The notes under the pieces were generated by a model. That model was not told the DNA's origin. It saw only the letters and a program-made list of their open reading frames with translations, and ran no database searches. Positions 1 to 7,591 of a stretch of DNA of 32,000 nucleotides are shown piece by piece. A program made the position numbers and the translations under genes. The stretch comes from Candidatus Electrothrix sp. GW3-4. Lineage in GTDB: Bacteria > Desulfobacterota > Desulfobulbia > Desulfobulbales > Desulfobulbaceae. Position 1 is the first letter of the stretch. Each line of letters opens with the position of its first letter. The DNA lies in assembly GCF_037902255.1 (NCBI RefSeq), contig NZ_CP147990.1, forward strand, positions 1,500,001 through 1,532,000, given 5' to 3'.

Positions 1-1132
1 CAATCATGATACCGAGGCTGCCAAAGTTGGCAAATCCGCATAAGGCATAGGTGAGAATGACGATACTGCGCGGTGACAAGGTTTCTGAAGGGAGTTTCGC
101 GAGCTCCATGTAGGCAAGGAATTCATTAAGAACGGTCTTGATGCCAAGTAAGGAGCCTGCTGGTACGGCTTCCTGCCAGGGAATCCCCATGAGCCAGGCC
201 ACAGGGGCCATGATATATCCTAAGGCCCTCTGCATGGTCACCGGGGCGCCCAAGAAATCAGGACACAGGCCCAAGAACAGATTAACGAGATGAATAAGGG
301 AAACCAAGACCACCAGCATGGCTGTGATATGAAGGAAAAGGCCGACACCATCCGCTGTCCCCTGGGTAATGGCATCCATACTGCTCTTTGCCTCTTGGGC
401 AGGGAGCATATCGCCTCCGGTGAGGTCTTCGGTCTCCGGGATCATGATGCGGGCTACAGTGATGGCAGCTGGTACACTGATGATGGAGGCGGTAAGGACA
501 TGACCAGCTGCATCAGGAAGGAGTTTATCCAATATCGTGACATAGAGGATCAGGACAGTACCGGCAATGGTGGCCATACCGCAGGTCATGGTGGCAAAGA
601 GTTCACTTCGGGTCATGCGGGCAAGATAGGGTCTGATCAGAAGGGGGGATTCGACCATGCCGAGAAAGATATTGGCAGAAGCCCCAACAGCAAGGGCCCC
701 ACCGATGCCCATGGTCTTCTGAAAAAGGCTGGAAAAGAGACGGACCAGGGCGGGCAGGATACGCCAGTAGGTCAGCAGGGCAGATAAGGCGCTCATGACC
801 AGGATGATGGGCAGGGCCTGAAAGGCGAGGATAAAGCTGGCTCCAGGGAAGGGCTCGCTAAACGGCAAGTCTCCGCCGCCGATATAGCCAAAGGCAAAGG
901 AGGTGCCTGCTTTTGTCGCCTCTTGGAGGAGCAGTACGCCCTTATTCAGAACCAGAAAGACCTCCTTGCTGAAAGGAAGTTTGAGTAACAAAGCTGCAAG
1001 CATAAGCTGAATCAGCAGGCCTGCGCAGACTTGCTTGATGCGTACCTGTTTTTTGTTTTCACTGAACAACCATGCCAGCAGGCAAAGGGCGGTCATGCCT
1101 GCGAGTCCACGTATTACGTAGTGAGTATTCAT
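1..1132 (-). CDS. nupC: NupC/NupG-family concentrative nucleoside transporter; C-terminal end runs off the left window edge
   Basis: Not in the supplied ORF track because it is open at the window edge. My reverse-strand translation from the ATG (complement of 1130-1132) reads MNTHYVIRGLAGMTALCLLAWLFSENKKQVRIKQV...QRALGYIMAPVAWLMGIPWQEAVPAGSLLGIKTVLNEFLAYMELAKL...YALCGFANFGSLGIMI. This parallels the conserved part of E. coli NupC as I remember it (GYIFYPIAWVMGVP...SNEFVA...SFANFSSIGI). The + strand ORF 290-787 is its antisense shadow. Confidence 0.85.
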   Translation of the reverse strand, partial: MNTHYVIRGLAGMTALCLLAWLFSENKKQVRIKQVCAGLLIQLMLAALLLKLPFSKEVFLVLNKGVLLLQEATKAGTSFAFGYIGGGDLPFSEPFPGASFILAFQALPIILVMSALSALLTYWRILPALVRLFSSLFQKTMGIGGALAVGASANIFLGMVESPLLIRPYLARMTRSELFATMTCGMATIAGTVLILYVTILDKLLPDAAGHVLTASIISVPAAITVARIMIPETEDLTGGDMLPAQEAKSSMDAITQGTADGVGLFLHITAMLVVLVSLIHLVNLFLGLCPDFLGAPVTMQRALGYIMAPVAWLMGIPWQEAVPAGSLLGIKTVLNEFLAYMELAKLPSETLSPRSIVILTYALCGFANFGSLGIMI

Positions 1133-1191
1133 TTAAAAAAACCTATATCTTATTCCAATTGCAGGACCTCTCATGTCCTGATACGGTTTCT

Positions 1192-1200
1192 TGGTATAAT
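1192..1200 (+). promoter_or_regulatory. candidate extended -10 promoter element (TGgTATAAT) for the nfeD/SPFH operon
   Basis: The sequence tTGgTATAAT lies at 1192-1200 in the divergent nupC/nfeD intergenic region, about 175 nt upstream of the nfeD start. There is no good -35, which is tolerated by extended -10 promoters. Motif match only. Confidence 0.3.
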
Positions 1201-1376
1201 CAAGGGGGAAATATCTGGCAATGTTTTTCAGTAAAGGGCCGGACCCTCTTGATCTGTTCTTTCCCGTTGTGTTTTTCTTGATACCAGCAGGCGTCTTTCG
1301 TTTGCTTTTCTCGTTAAAACATTATACTGTTCTCAAATAATCGAGACAAAAATCAATCTTTATTGCAGGGGTAGCT

Positions 1377-1856
1377 ATGGAATTTGTTTCTCCTCTTATA
1401 GAATCTGTTTCTCCTGTTCTTATCTGGTTTCTCCTGGGAATTGTTTTCTTTGTTACAGAGTTGATTCTTCCGGGATTTATTCTTTTTTTTCTCGGTATTG
1501 GGGCGTGGTTTACCGCTTCGGTTCTGGCCTTGACCGAGGTGTCTTTGACCGTGCAGATGATTATTTTTCTGGTCAGCTCTCTTGTTACCCTGATTTTACT
1601 TCGTTCCTGGCTTCACTCTATCTTTTTTGGTGATTCCAACGAAGAAGATGATTCCGTTAATGTGGATGACGCTCCTGCAACCGGCATTGTGACAGAGGCT
1701 ATTATGCCTCCAGGGCTGGGACGGGTCAAGTACGGAGGTTCTTTTTGGCAGGCAACAGCAGATGAGTCGATTTCTGTGGATACAGTTGTTCGAATCATCG
1801 AAAGAAAAAATCTCATCGTTCATGTCTCCCCTCTGCATGCTGAAGAAACAGTATAA
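1377..1856 (+). CDS. NfeD-family membrane protein (paralogue 1)
   Basis: 159 aa. Hydrophobic N-terminal helices (LIWFLLGIVFFVTELILPGFILFFLGIGAWFTASVLAL, MIIFLVSSLVTLILL) precede the soluble tail GIVTEAIMPPGLGRVKYGGSFWQATADESISVDTVVRIIERKNLIVHVSPL. That tail is typical of the NfeD C-terminal OB-fold domain (YbbJ-like). It sits upstream of an SPFH gene, as in known nfeD-SPFH operons. Confidence 0.8.
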   Translation: MEFVSPLIESVSPVLIWFLLGIVFFVTELILPGFILFFLGIGAWFTASVLALTEVSLTVQMIIFLVSSLVTLILLRSWLHSIFFGDSNEEDDSVNVDDAPATGIVTEAIMPPGLGRVKYGGSFWQATADESISVDTVVRIIERKNLIVHVSPLHAEETV

Positions 1857-2201
1857 ATGGGTTACCTTGTTGGATTTGCTGCCTTTATAGGCGTAGCTAT
1901 TCTTGCCGGTGTTTTTTTTGCGAATATTTTTCTTGGGATTATTGCTTGTGGGTTCCCTTTTTTGGGATCTTTAAAGAAAGAAGAAAAACCCGAGACGCCA
2001 ATGTTCACCCCGTCCACAGGTGTTGTCATCAAGGCAATTTTTCCTCCTGATCATGGACAGATTAAATACAGCGGCTCTTTTTGGCGAGCTGTTGCTGAAG
2101 AGCCGATACTCGAGAATACAGTGGTACAGATTGTAGAACGCAAGGGGCTTATTATCCATGTCCTTCCCTTGGACGCAGACAAGAAGGAATCGATGGAATA
2201 G
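1857..2201 (+). CDS. short NfeD-family protein (paralogue 2)
   Basis: 114 aa. The ATG directly abuts the TAA of the preceding gene. The C-terminal segment GVVIKAIFPPDHGQIKYSGSFWRAVAEEPILENTVVQIVERKGLIIHVLPL aligns almost residue for residue with the tail of the 1377-1856 product. The hydrophobic N-terminus is shorter. Confidence 0.7.
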   Translation: MGYLVGFAAFIGVAILAGVFFANIFLGIIACGFPFLGSLKKEEKPETPMFTPSTGVVIKAIFPPDHGQIKYSGSFWRAVAEEPILENTVVQIVERKGLIIHVLPLDADKKESME

Positions 2202-2446
2202 ATGGAATTGCTGCTTGGTATAGTTGTCCTCGTTGTTTTACTTATTTTTCTTCTGACAGTATGTAAGGTCGTTGAGCCGCTGGGAAAATATCGTTGTACG
2301 CTTGAAGCGGGATATCTCTTCTGTTCGCCTCCAAAGCGGAATTGAACCGGCAGGTGGCAGAGGCATTAACCCAGGCAGCGCAGAACTGGGGCGTCAAGCT
2401 GACGCGCTATGAAATTAAGCAAATCAGACCAATAAAAGAAGCCTGA
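2202..2446 (+). pseudogene. decayed SPFH/band-7 gene remnant (internal deletion plus frameshift)
   Basis: Frame A (2202-2345) reads MELLLGIVVLVVLLIFLLTVCKVVEPLGKYRCTLEAGYLFCSPPKRN*. It mirrors the N-terminus of the intact gene (MEMLFGVIVLVVFIVVVLMKTAIVVPQRHEYVVERLGKYRTTLEAGFHILIPF). Frame B (about 2306-2446) reads SGISLLFASKAELNRQVAEALTQAAQNWGVKLTRYEIKQIRPIKEA*. It mirrors IGKISLDNTFEARETLNQQVVEAIDDAAQNWGIKVLRYEIKDIQPP of the intact gene. About 245 nt remain of a gene of about 945 nt. The junction is near 2305-2312. Confidence 0.7.
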
Positions 2447-2488
2447 AGAAATAATTTTAACAAACTGAATGCACACGGGGGAAATAAG

Positions 2489-3433
2489 ATGGAGATGCTG
2501 TTTGGTGTAATCGTCCTTGTTGTTTTTATTGTTGTTGTCCTCATGAAAACAGCGATCGTCGTGCCTCAGCGCCATGAATATGTGGTTGAGCGCCTGGGGA
2601 AATATCGGACCACTCTAGAAGCGGGATTCCATATTCTTATCCCTTTTCTTGATAAGGTGTCCTATAGACGAAACCTGAAAGAAGAACCCGTGGATATCGG
2701 TGGCCAAACCTGTATTACAGCGGATAACGTTACCCTGGAGGTGGACGGTATTATGTATATTCAGGTTGTCAATTCACGGCAGTCAGCCTACGGTATTGAG
2801 GATTACCATTTTGCCGCTTCCCAACTGGCCCAGACCTCACTTCGTTCCGCTATTGGTAAGATCAGCCTGGATAACACCTTTGAGGCCCGTGAGACCCTGA
2901 ATCAGCAAGTAGTAGAAGCTATTGATGATGCGGCCCAGAACTGGGGCATCAAGGTGCTGCGCTATGAGATCAAGGATATTCAGCCGCCTCGTTCTGTTCT
3001 GGATGCTATGGAAAAGCAGATGCAGGCGGAACGGGAAAAACGGGCCGAGATTGCTCGATCCGAAGGTGATAAACAATCTGTAATCAACCGGGCTGAAGGG
3101 CAGCGGGCCGAGGCCATTGCCAAGTCTGAAGGTGAAAAGATGAAGCGGATCAATGAGGCTGAAGGTCGGGCCCAGGAAATCCTTAAGGTTGCAGAGGCCA
3201 CTGCTGCGGGGATCCGTAAAGTCGGTGAGTCCTTGGCTGCTCCTGGAGGCAAGGATGCTGCTAATCTTGAGGTGGCGAAGAAATATCTTGATGAATTCGG
3301 CAAGATGGCCAAGGAGAATAATACCATGATTGTGCCCGGAAATCTGACCGATGTTTCTGGTATGGTTGCTACAGCTATGGCTACCCTGAAGCAGACCAGT
3401 AAAAAGCGCCCTGTTCCGCCTTCCCGGGCCTAG
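2489..3433 (+). CDS. SPFH/band-7 (stomatin/prohibitin-like, QmcA/paraslipin-type) membrane protein
   Basis: 314 aa. It has an N-terminal membrane anchor, then an SPFH core (VVPQRHEYVVERLGKYRTTLEAGFHILIPFLDKV...TADNVTLEVDGIMYIQV...LRSAIGKISLDNTFEARETLN...WGIKVLRYEIKDIQPP), then an Ala/Glu/Lys-rich coiled-coil tail (QMQAEREKRAEIARSEGDKQS...). Confidence 0.9.
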   Translation: MEMLFGVIVLVVFIVVVLMKTAIVVPQRHEYVVERLGKYRTTLEAGFHILIPFLDKVSYRRNLKEEPVDIGGQTCITADNVTLEVDGIMYIQVVNSRQSAYGIEDYHFAASQLAQTSLRSAIGKISLDNTFEARETLNQQVVEAIDDAAQNWGIKVLRYEIKDIQPPRSVLDAMEKQMQAEREKRAEIARSEGDKQSVINRAEGQRAEAIAKSEGEKMKRINEAEGRAQEILKVAEATAAGIRKVGESLAAPGGKDAANLEVAKKYLDEFGKMAKENNTMIVPGNLTDVSGMVATAMATLKQTSKKRPVPPSRA

Positions 3434-3521
3434 GGGAAATAATTATTCCTTGGTAAGGTAGCGGGTATTGCGTGGAACTCTGAGCTGTGTTAGGGGAAAC
3501 TATCGTTCGAGCATATTGTCT

Positions 3522-3555
3522 GGGAGGAAAGGGCGTCCTTTTCTCCCTTTTCCTT
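3522..3555 (+). terminator. rho-independent terminator after the SPFH gene
   Basis: An 11-bp stem, gggaggaaagg (3522-3532) paired with ccttttctccc (3537-3547), contains one G-U pair. The loop is gcgt, followed by ttttcctt. It lies about 90 nt after the stop codon. Confidence 0.6.
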
Positions 3556-3759
3556 GTCAGAACCTTACCTGGACATCATATGCTGAGTTATTTCTACTTA
3601 GAGAACGAAAAAAGTTTAAAGAATAGTACTGGATTGTACAAAAAAGATTGTACCTCTTTTTTATGTCGTGATATATAACAACATATATCAAAGGTCAATT
3701 TCTACGCTTTTCGTTTTGTTAAGCCTTGTTAGTGTATTTTTTTTTACACATTATCTATT

Positions 3760-4359
3760 ATGCCTAACTATGTCTTCATAAAGATCGTACTGCTGCTTTT
3801 CTGCGGACTCTGCCTCCAGTTTGCCTCAGGTGGCTTATTGTTTGCAGGAGAGGGAAGATGTATCACGACCTGTACTGAGGGCAGAGGTGCTATGGTGTAC
3901 CCGGATGGAAGCACCTATACCGGAGATTGGAAAGATGGTAAGCGGCAGGGTAAGGGGACTCTTCTTTACGCTGACGGAAGAAAATACGAGGGAGAGTTTG
4001 CCAATGACCAACTGCATGGGAAAGGAATTATCACGCTTCCTGATGGACGCCTGATAGAAAGTCAGTGGGTTAATGGTGAACAGGTTTCAGCGCGCTTTGC
4101 CAATGGCGACGTATTCACTGGAGTCTGGGAAGACGGAACGTTTTGTGGCGAGGCAACCGTCACTCTGCCGAACGGAGACCGTTATACCGGAGGATTCAAA
4201 AACAGTAAGTATGAAGGATACGGGGTTATGACCTATGCTGATGGCAGTAAATACACTGGTGAGTTTAAAGAAGGAAAGTTCGACGGGAAAGGGGCAATCT
4301 CTTTTCCAGACGGTACTGTCATAGAAAGTGAGTGGAAAGACGGCCATCCCGTTAATTAA
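3760..4359 (+). CDS. MORN-repeat protein with hydrophobic N-terminal signal/anchor
   Basis: 199 aa. The N-terminus is IKIVLLLFCGLCLQFASGGLLFA. It is followed by about 6-7 tandem MORN units (YTGDWKDGKRQGKGTLLYADGRK, YEGEFANDQLHGKGIITLPDGRL, YTGGFKNSKYEGYGVMTYADGSK, YTGEFKEGKFDGKGAISFPDGTV). Confidence 0.85.
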   Translation: MPNYVFIKIVLLLFCGLCLQFASGGLLFAGEGRCITTCTEGRGAMVYPDGSTYTGDWKDGKRQGKGTLLYADGRKYEGEFANDQLHGKGIITLPDGRLIESQWVNGEQVSARFANGDVFTGVWEDGTFCGEATVTLPNGDRYTGGFKNSKYEGYGVMTYADGSKYTGEFKEGKFDGKGAISFPDGTVIESEWKDGHPVN

Positions 4360-4607
4360 GGCGTATCAGGACCTCCTTTTTTTTCTTCTTCCACCCTTAC
4401 GTTCTTTTGTTCATTCTCCTCTTTTCTCCTGCCAAGGAGGGTTGTTGCGATGAGAAATTCTGTTCTTTGTTTTGCTGTTCATGGGAAAAAGGTTTATACT
4501 GCAGCTGGTTTCACGAACATAACTTGAGGCATTGATCAGATGGAAAAAAGATTGCTCTTATGCCATAGAGATGAGAGCTGGTATCTTGCTAACAACTCTC
4601 CGCCATT

Positions 4608-6257
4608 ATGAAAATAGCAACCTCTGGCCAGATGCAGGCCTTGGACAGAACCTCTATTGAGGAGATTGGCATCCCTGGTATTGTCCTGATGGAAAACGCT
4701 GGCAGGGGAACTGTGAATGCCATGGAGCAGGAGTACGGTGCTCTTCAGGGGAAAACCGTTTGCCTTTTCATCGGACCTGGAAATAATGGTGGCGATGGTC
4801 TTGTTATTGCCCGTCATGTTGCCCAGAGAGGAGGGCGTCCCTTTCTCATTTATTTGATTACCCCTGAAAAACTTGCTGGTGATGCGGGAATCAATGCGAG
4901 TGTCTGTAGTAACCTCGGCTTTATTCATTACATCATCCACCATGAGGATGAGATTCGACAGCTGAAGGAATTGATTCGTCAGCTTCATTTTAGTCACCCT
5001 GTTCATTGTCTCGTTGATGCGCTGTTCGGGACAGGTCTTTCCAGAAAGGTTGAAGGGTACTTTGCCGATGTCATAAAGTTTATCAACAGGTTATCCGATG
5101 CACGACAATGGCCTGTGGTAGCGGTAGATATTCCTTCCGGTCTCTGCGCTGATACTGGTGTGCCGCTTGGACGTGCTGTTCAGGCTGATTTGACGGTAAC
5201 CTACGGTCTTGCCAAACCAGGACATTTTCATCATGGCGGGCCCGGGATTGGCAAGTTGACAGTGTTTGATATCTCCATTCCTCACCGGGTGGTGAAGCAA
5301 GCTGAGCTCTTGGGCCAAGTCCTTGAGCATTGCGAAATTTCCAGTCTTGTCCAGGAGAGGCGAACAGCAGCGCATAAAGGAACCTATGGGCATGTGCTCA
5401 TCCTGGCTGGCTCTGAAGGGAAGACCGGCGCTGCCATCCTTGCAGGTAAAGCGGCCCTGCATAGTGGCTGCGGCTTGGTTACCTTGGCTGTCCCTGCTGC
5501 GCTCAATTCGATTTTTGAGACAAGCCTGCCTGAGGCCATGACAGTTCCTCTCCCCCATTCGAGCAAGACCTTTTCCGCAGCGGATTATGATCTGATCAGC
5601 GAGCTTCTTGTTGACCGAGACGCTTTGGTGATCGGACCTGGGATGGGAATAGATCCTGAGACCGGTTTACTGGTCCGTCGTTTGTATAGAGAGCTGAAAC
5701 TGCCCATAATTATTGACGCGGATGCACTGAACCTCCTGGCAGAAGCCCCTGAGGGCTTTGAAAAGAGTGCCGGGGTACGGATTTTCACCCCTCATCCAGG
5801 TGAAATGTCCCGTCTCAGCGGGAAAACGGTTAATGATATTCAAAAAGATCGGTTAGGTGCCGCAGGCCAGCTGGCAAGAGACTTGGTCTGTGATGAGCAT
5901 GAACGTATTGTGGTCCTCAAGGGTGCCGGAACAGTGATCAGCTCCAGCAAAGGAAACTGGGCCATCAACAGCAGTGGTAACCACGGGATGGCAACCGGAG
6001 GCATGGGTGATGTGTTGGCTGGCCTGATTGGAGGGCTCCTTGTGCAGGGGTATCCACCCTGGAATGCTGCCATAATTGGGGTATACCAGCATGGTTTGGC
6101 TGCTGATCTCCTGAGTGAAGAATGCGCCCACGGCTTTACAGCCTCTGAGGTTGCAGAGAGTCTCCCCAAGGCATTTATGCGGATAAAGAACGCTGAGTGC
6201 CGCCTTTGTCCTCTATGTCATGGACCTTGCGTTTGCTCGTGCAGCGAAACTTCGTGA
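4608..6257 (+). CDS. nnr: bifunctional NAD(P)H-hydrate repair enzyme (epimerase + ADP-dependent dehydratase)
   Basis: 549 aa. The N-terminal YjeF_N part contains MENAGRG...GPGNNGGDGLVIARH...DALFGTGL. The C-terminal carbohydrate-kinase-like part contains HKGTYGHVLILAGSEGKTGAAILAG...TPHPGEM...GMATGGMGDVLAGLIGGLL. It carries an unusual Cys-rich C-terminal tail (see findings). Confidence 0.9.
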   Translation: MKIATSGQMQALDRTSIEEIGIPGIVLMENAGRGTVNAMEQEYGALQGKTVCLFIGPGNNGGDGLVIARHVAQRGGRPFLIYLITPEKLAGDAGINASVCSNLGFIHYIIHHEDEIRQLKELIRQLHFSHPVHCLVDALFGTGLSRKVEGYFADVIKFINRLSDARQWPVVAVDIPSGLCADTGVPLGRAVQADLTVTYGLAKPGHFHHGGPGIGKLTVFDISIPHRVVKQAELLGQVLEHCEISSLVQERRTAAHKGTYGHVLILAGSEGKTGAAILAGKAALHSGCGLVTLAVPAALNSIFETSLPEAMTVPLPHSSKTFSAADYDLISELLVDRDALVIGPGMGIDPETGLLVRRLYRELKLPIIIDADALNLLAEAPEGFEKSAGVRIFTPHPGEMSRLSGKTVNDIQKDRLGAAGQLARDLVCDEHERIVVLKGAGTVISSSKGNWAINSSGNHGMATGGMGDVLAGLIGGLLVQGYPPWNAAIIGVYQHGLAADLLSEECAHGFTASEVAESLPKAFMRIKNAECRLCPLCHGPCVCSCSETS

Positions 6258-6329
6258 TAAAAGGACGAGTGACCTGCACAAGCCGATAATGTAGAAAACG
6301 ATATTAAGAAAGGAAAACGAGAAAATATC

Positions 6330-6785
6330 ATGTTGCGCGCACAAGACTTGATGACGGAAAACGTCATCGCTGTCACCAAAGATACCGAAGTCCGTGAGTT
6401 GGCCAAGATCCTGACAGAGAATAACATCAGCGGGGTACCAGTGCTTGATGAGGCTGGCAAACTTGTCGGAGTGGTAACGGAAAGTGATCTGATCTTTCAG
6501 AATAAGAAGGTACATATCCCCACGGCGGTTGCCATTCTGGATGCCTTTTTCTTTCTGGAACGCCCGGAAAAAATGGAACAGGAGATAAAAAAAATGGCCG
6601 GGGTGACTGTGGGGGATATTTATGCTCAAGAGGTGATCTCTGTGCAAAAGGATACCCCGCTGGATGAGCTTGCCACCCTGATGGCGGAAAAAAATATTCA
6701 TACACTTCCCGTCCTTGACCAGGAAGAGCTGGTTGGGGTCATCGGGAAGCGGGATATTATCCGCATCATTGCTGAAGGGAAATAG
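6330..6785 (+). CDS. CBS-pair domain protein
   Basis: 151 aa with two CBS motifs: DLMTENVIAVTKDTEVRELAKILTENNISGVPVLDEAGKLVGVVTESDL, and VGDIYAQEVISVQKDTPLDELATLMAEKNIHTLPVLDQEELVGVIGKRDIIR. Confidence 0.85.
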   Translation: MLRAQDLMTENVIAVTKDTEVRELAKILTENNISGVPVLDEAGKLVGVVTESDLIFQNKKVHIPTAVAILDAFFFLERPEKMEQEIKKMAGVTVGDIYAQEVISVQKDTPLDELATLMAEKNIHTLPVLDQEELVGVIGKRDIIRIIAEGK

Positions 6786-6815
6786 TTATCAAGCGGGTTT
6801 TAGGTCATTCGCGAA

Positions 6816-7523
6816 ATGCTTGAACTGCGGAATATCAACACCTATTACGGTAGGATTCAAGTCCTGCATGATATCTGTCTTCATGTGGAACAGGGAGAAA
6901 TTATTACCCTGATCGGGGCCAACGGTGCGGGAAAATCAACCATTTTGATGTCTATCTCTGGCATTGTCCCTCCCCGAGATGGTGAGATTTTGTTCAACGA
7001 CATCTCTATCGCTCGAATGCCCCCGGATAAGATTGTCGCCTTGGGGCTGAGTCAGGTCCCTGAGGGGCGTCATATCTTCCCTGAACTCACTGTTGCAGAA
7101 AACCTGGACATGGGAGCCTTTCTTCGCAAGGATAGGGAGAAAATCCGCCAGGATCTGGATTATGTCTACACCCTTTTTCCCATTTTGGCGGAACGACGTC
7201 ATCAACCCGGAGGGAACCTGTCCGGCGGGGAGCAGCAGATGTTGGCCCTTTCCCGGGCCCTGATGACCAGACCACAGCTTCTCCTCTTGGATGAGCCTTC
7301 TATGGGGCTGGCACCGCTGGTGACACAACAGATTTTTGATATTATTGCTCAGATCAATCAGGAAGATAACACAACGATCTTTCTTGTAGAGCAGAATGCC
7401 AATCTTGCTTTGAAAACAGCTGATCGGGGATACGTCCTTGAGAACGGCAGAATCATCATGCATGACCGGGCAGAACGCCTTCTGGGCAATAAGGATATTC
7501 AGAAGGCCTACCTTGGAATTTAA
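6816..7523 (+). CDS. livF: LivF-type (branched-chain amino acid / HAAT family) ABC transporter ATP-binding protein
   Basis: 235 aa. Walker A is GANGAGKST. The signature is LSGGEQQMLALSRAL. Walker B is LLLLDEPSMGLAP. The N-terminus MLELRNINTYYGRIQVLHDICLHVEQGEIITLIG and the VPEGRHIFPELTVAENL block are typical of LivF. Confidence 0.8.
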   Translation: MLELRNINTYYGRIQVLHDICLHVEQGEIITLIGANGAGKSTILMSISGIVPPRDGEILFNDISIARMPPDKIVALGLSQVPEGRHIFPELTVAENLDMGAFLRKDREKIRQDLDYVYTLFPILAERRHQPGGNLSGGEQQMLALSRALMTRPQLLLLDEPSMGLAPLVTQQIFDIIAQINQEDNTTIFLVEQNANLALKTADRGYVLENGRIIMHDRAERLLGNKDIQKAYLGI

Positions 7524-7591
7524 GAATTTAACAGTAGAGGGAAACGGAATCTCTGGGGCAAGGCTTTTCTGTACCGGAGTCGTGAAGAGGA

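Noticed and set aside
290-787. 165-aa + strand ORF (and the small + ORFs at 1031-1281)
   Set aside because: Its Gly/His/Asp-rich, low-complexity translation does not look like a protein. It lies exactly antisense to the well-supported nupC-like gene, so it is a shadow ORF.
1788-1796. gttcgaatc, a tRNA T-arm-like string
   Set aside because: It lies inside the nfeD coding frame, and no acceptor, D or anticodon stems can be drawn around it. I found no tRNA or rRNA genes anywhere in the window.
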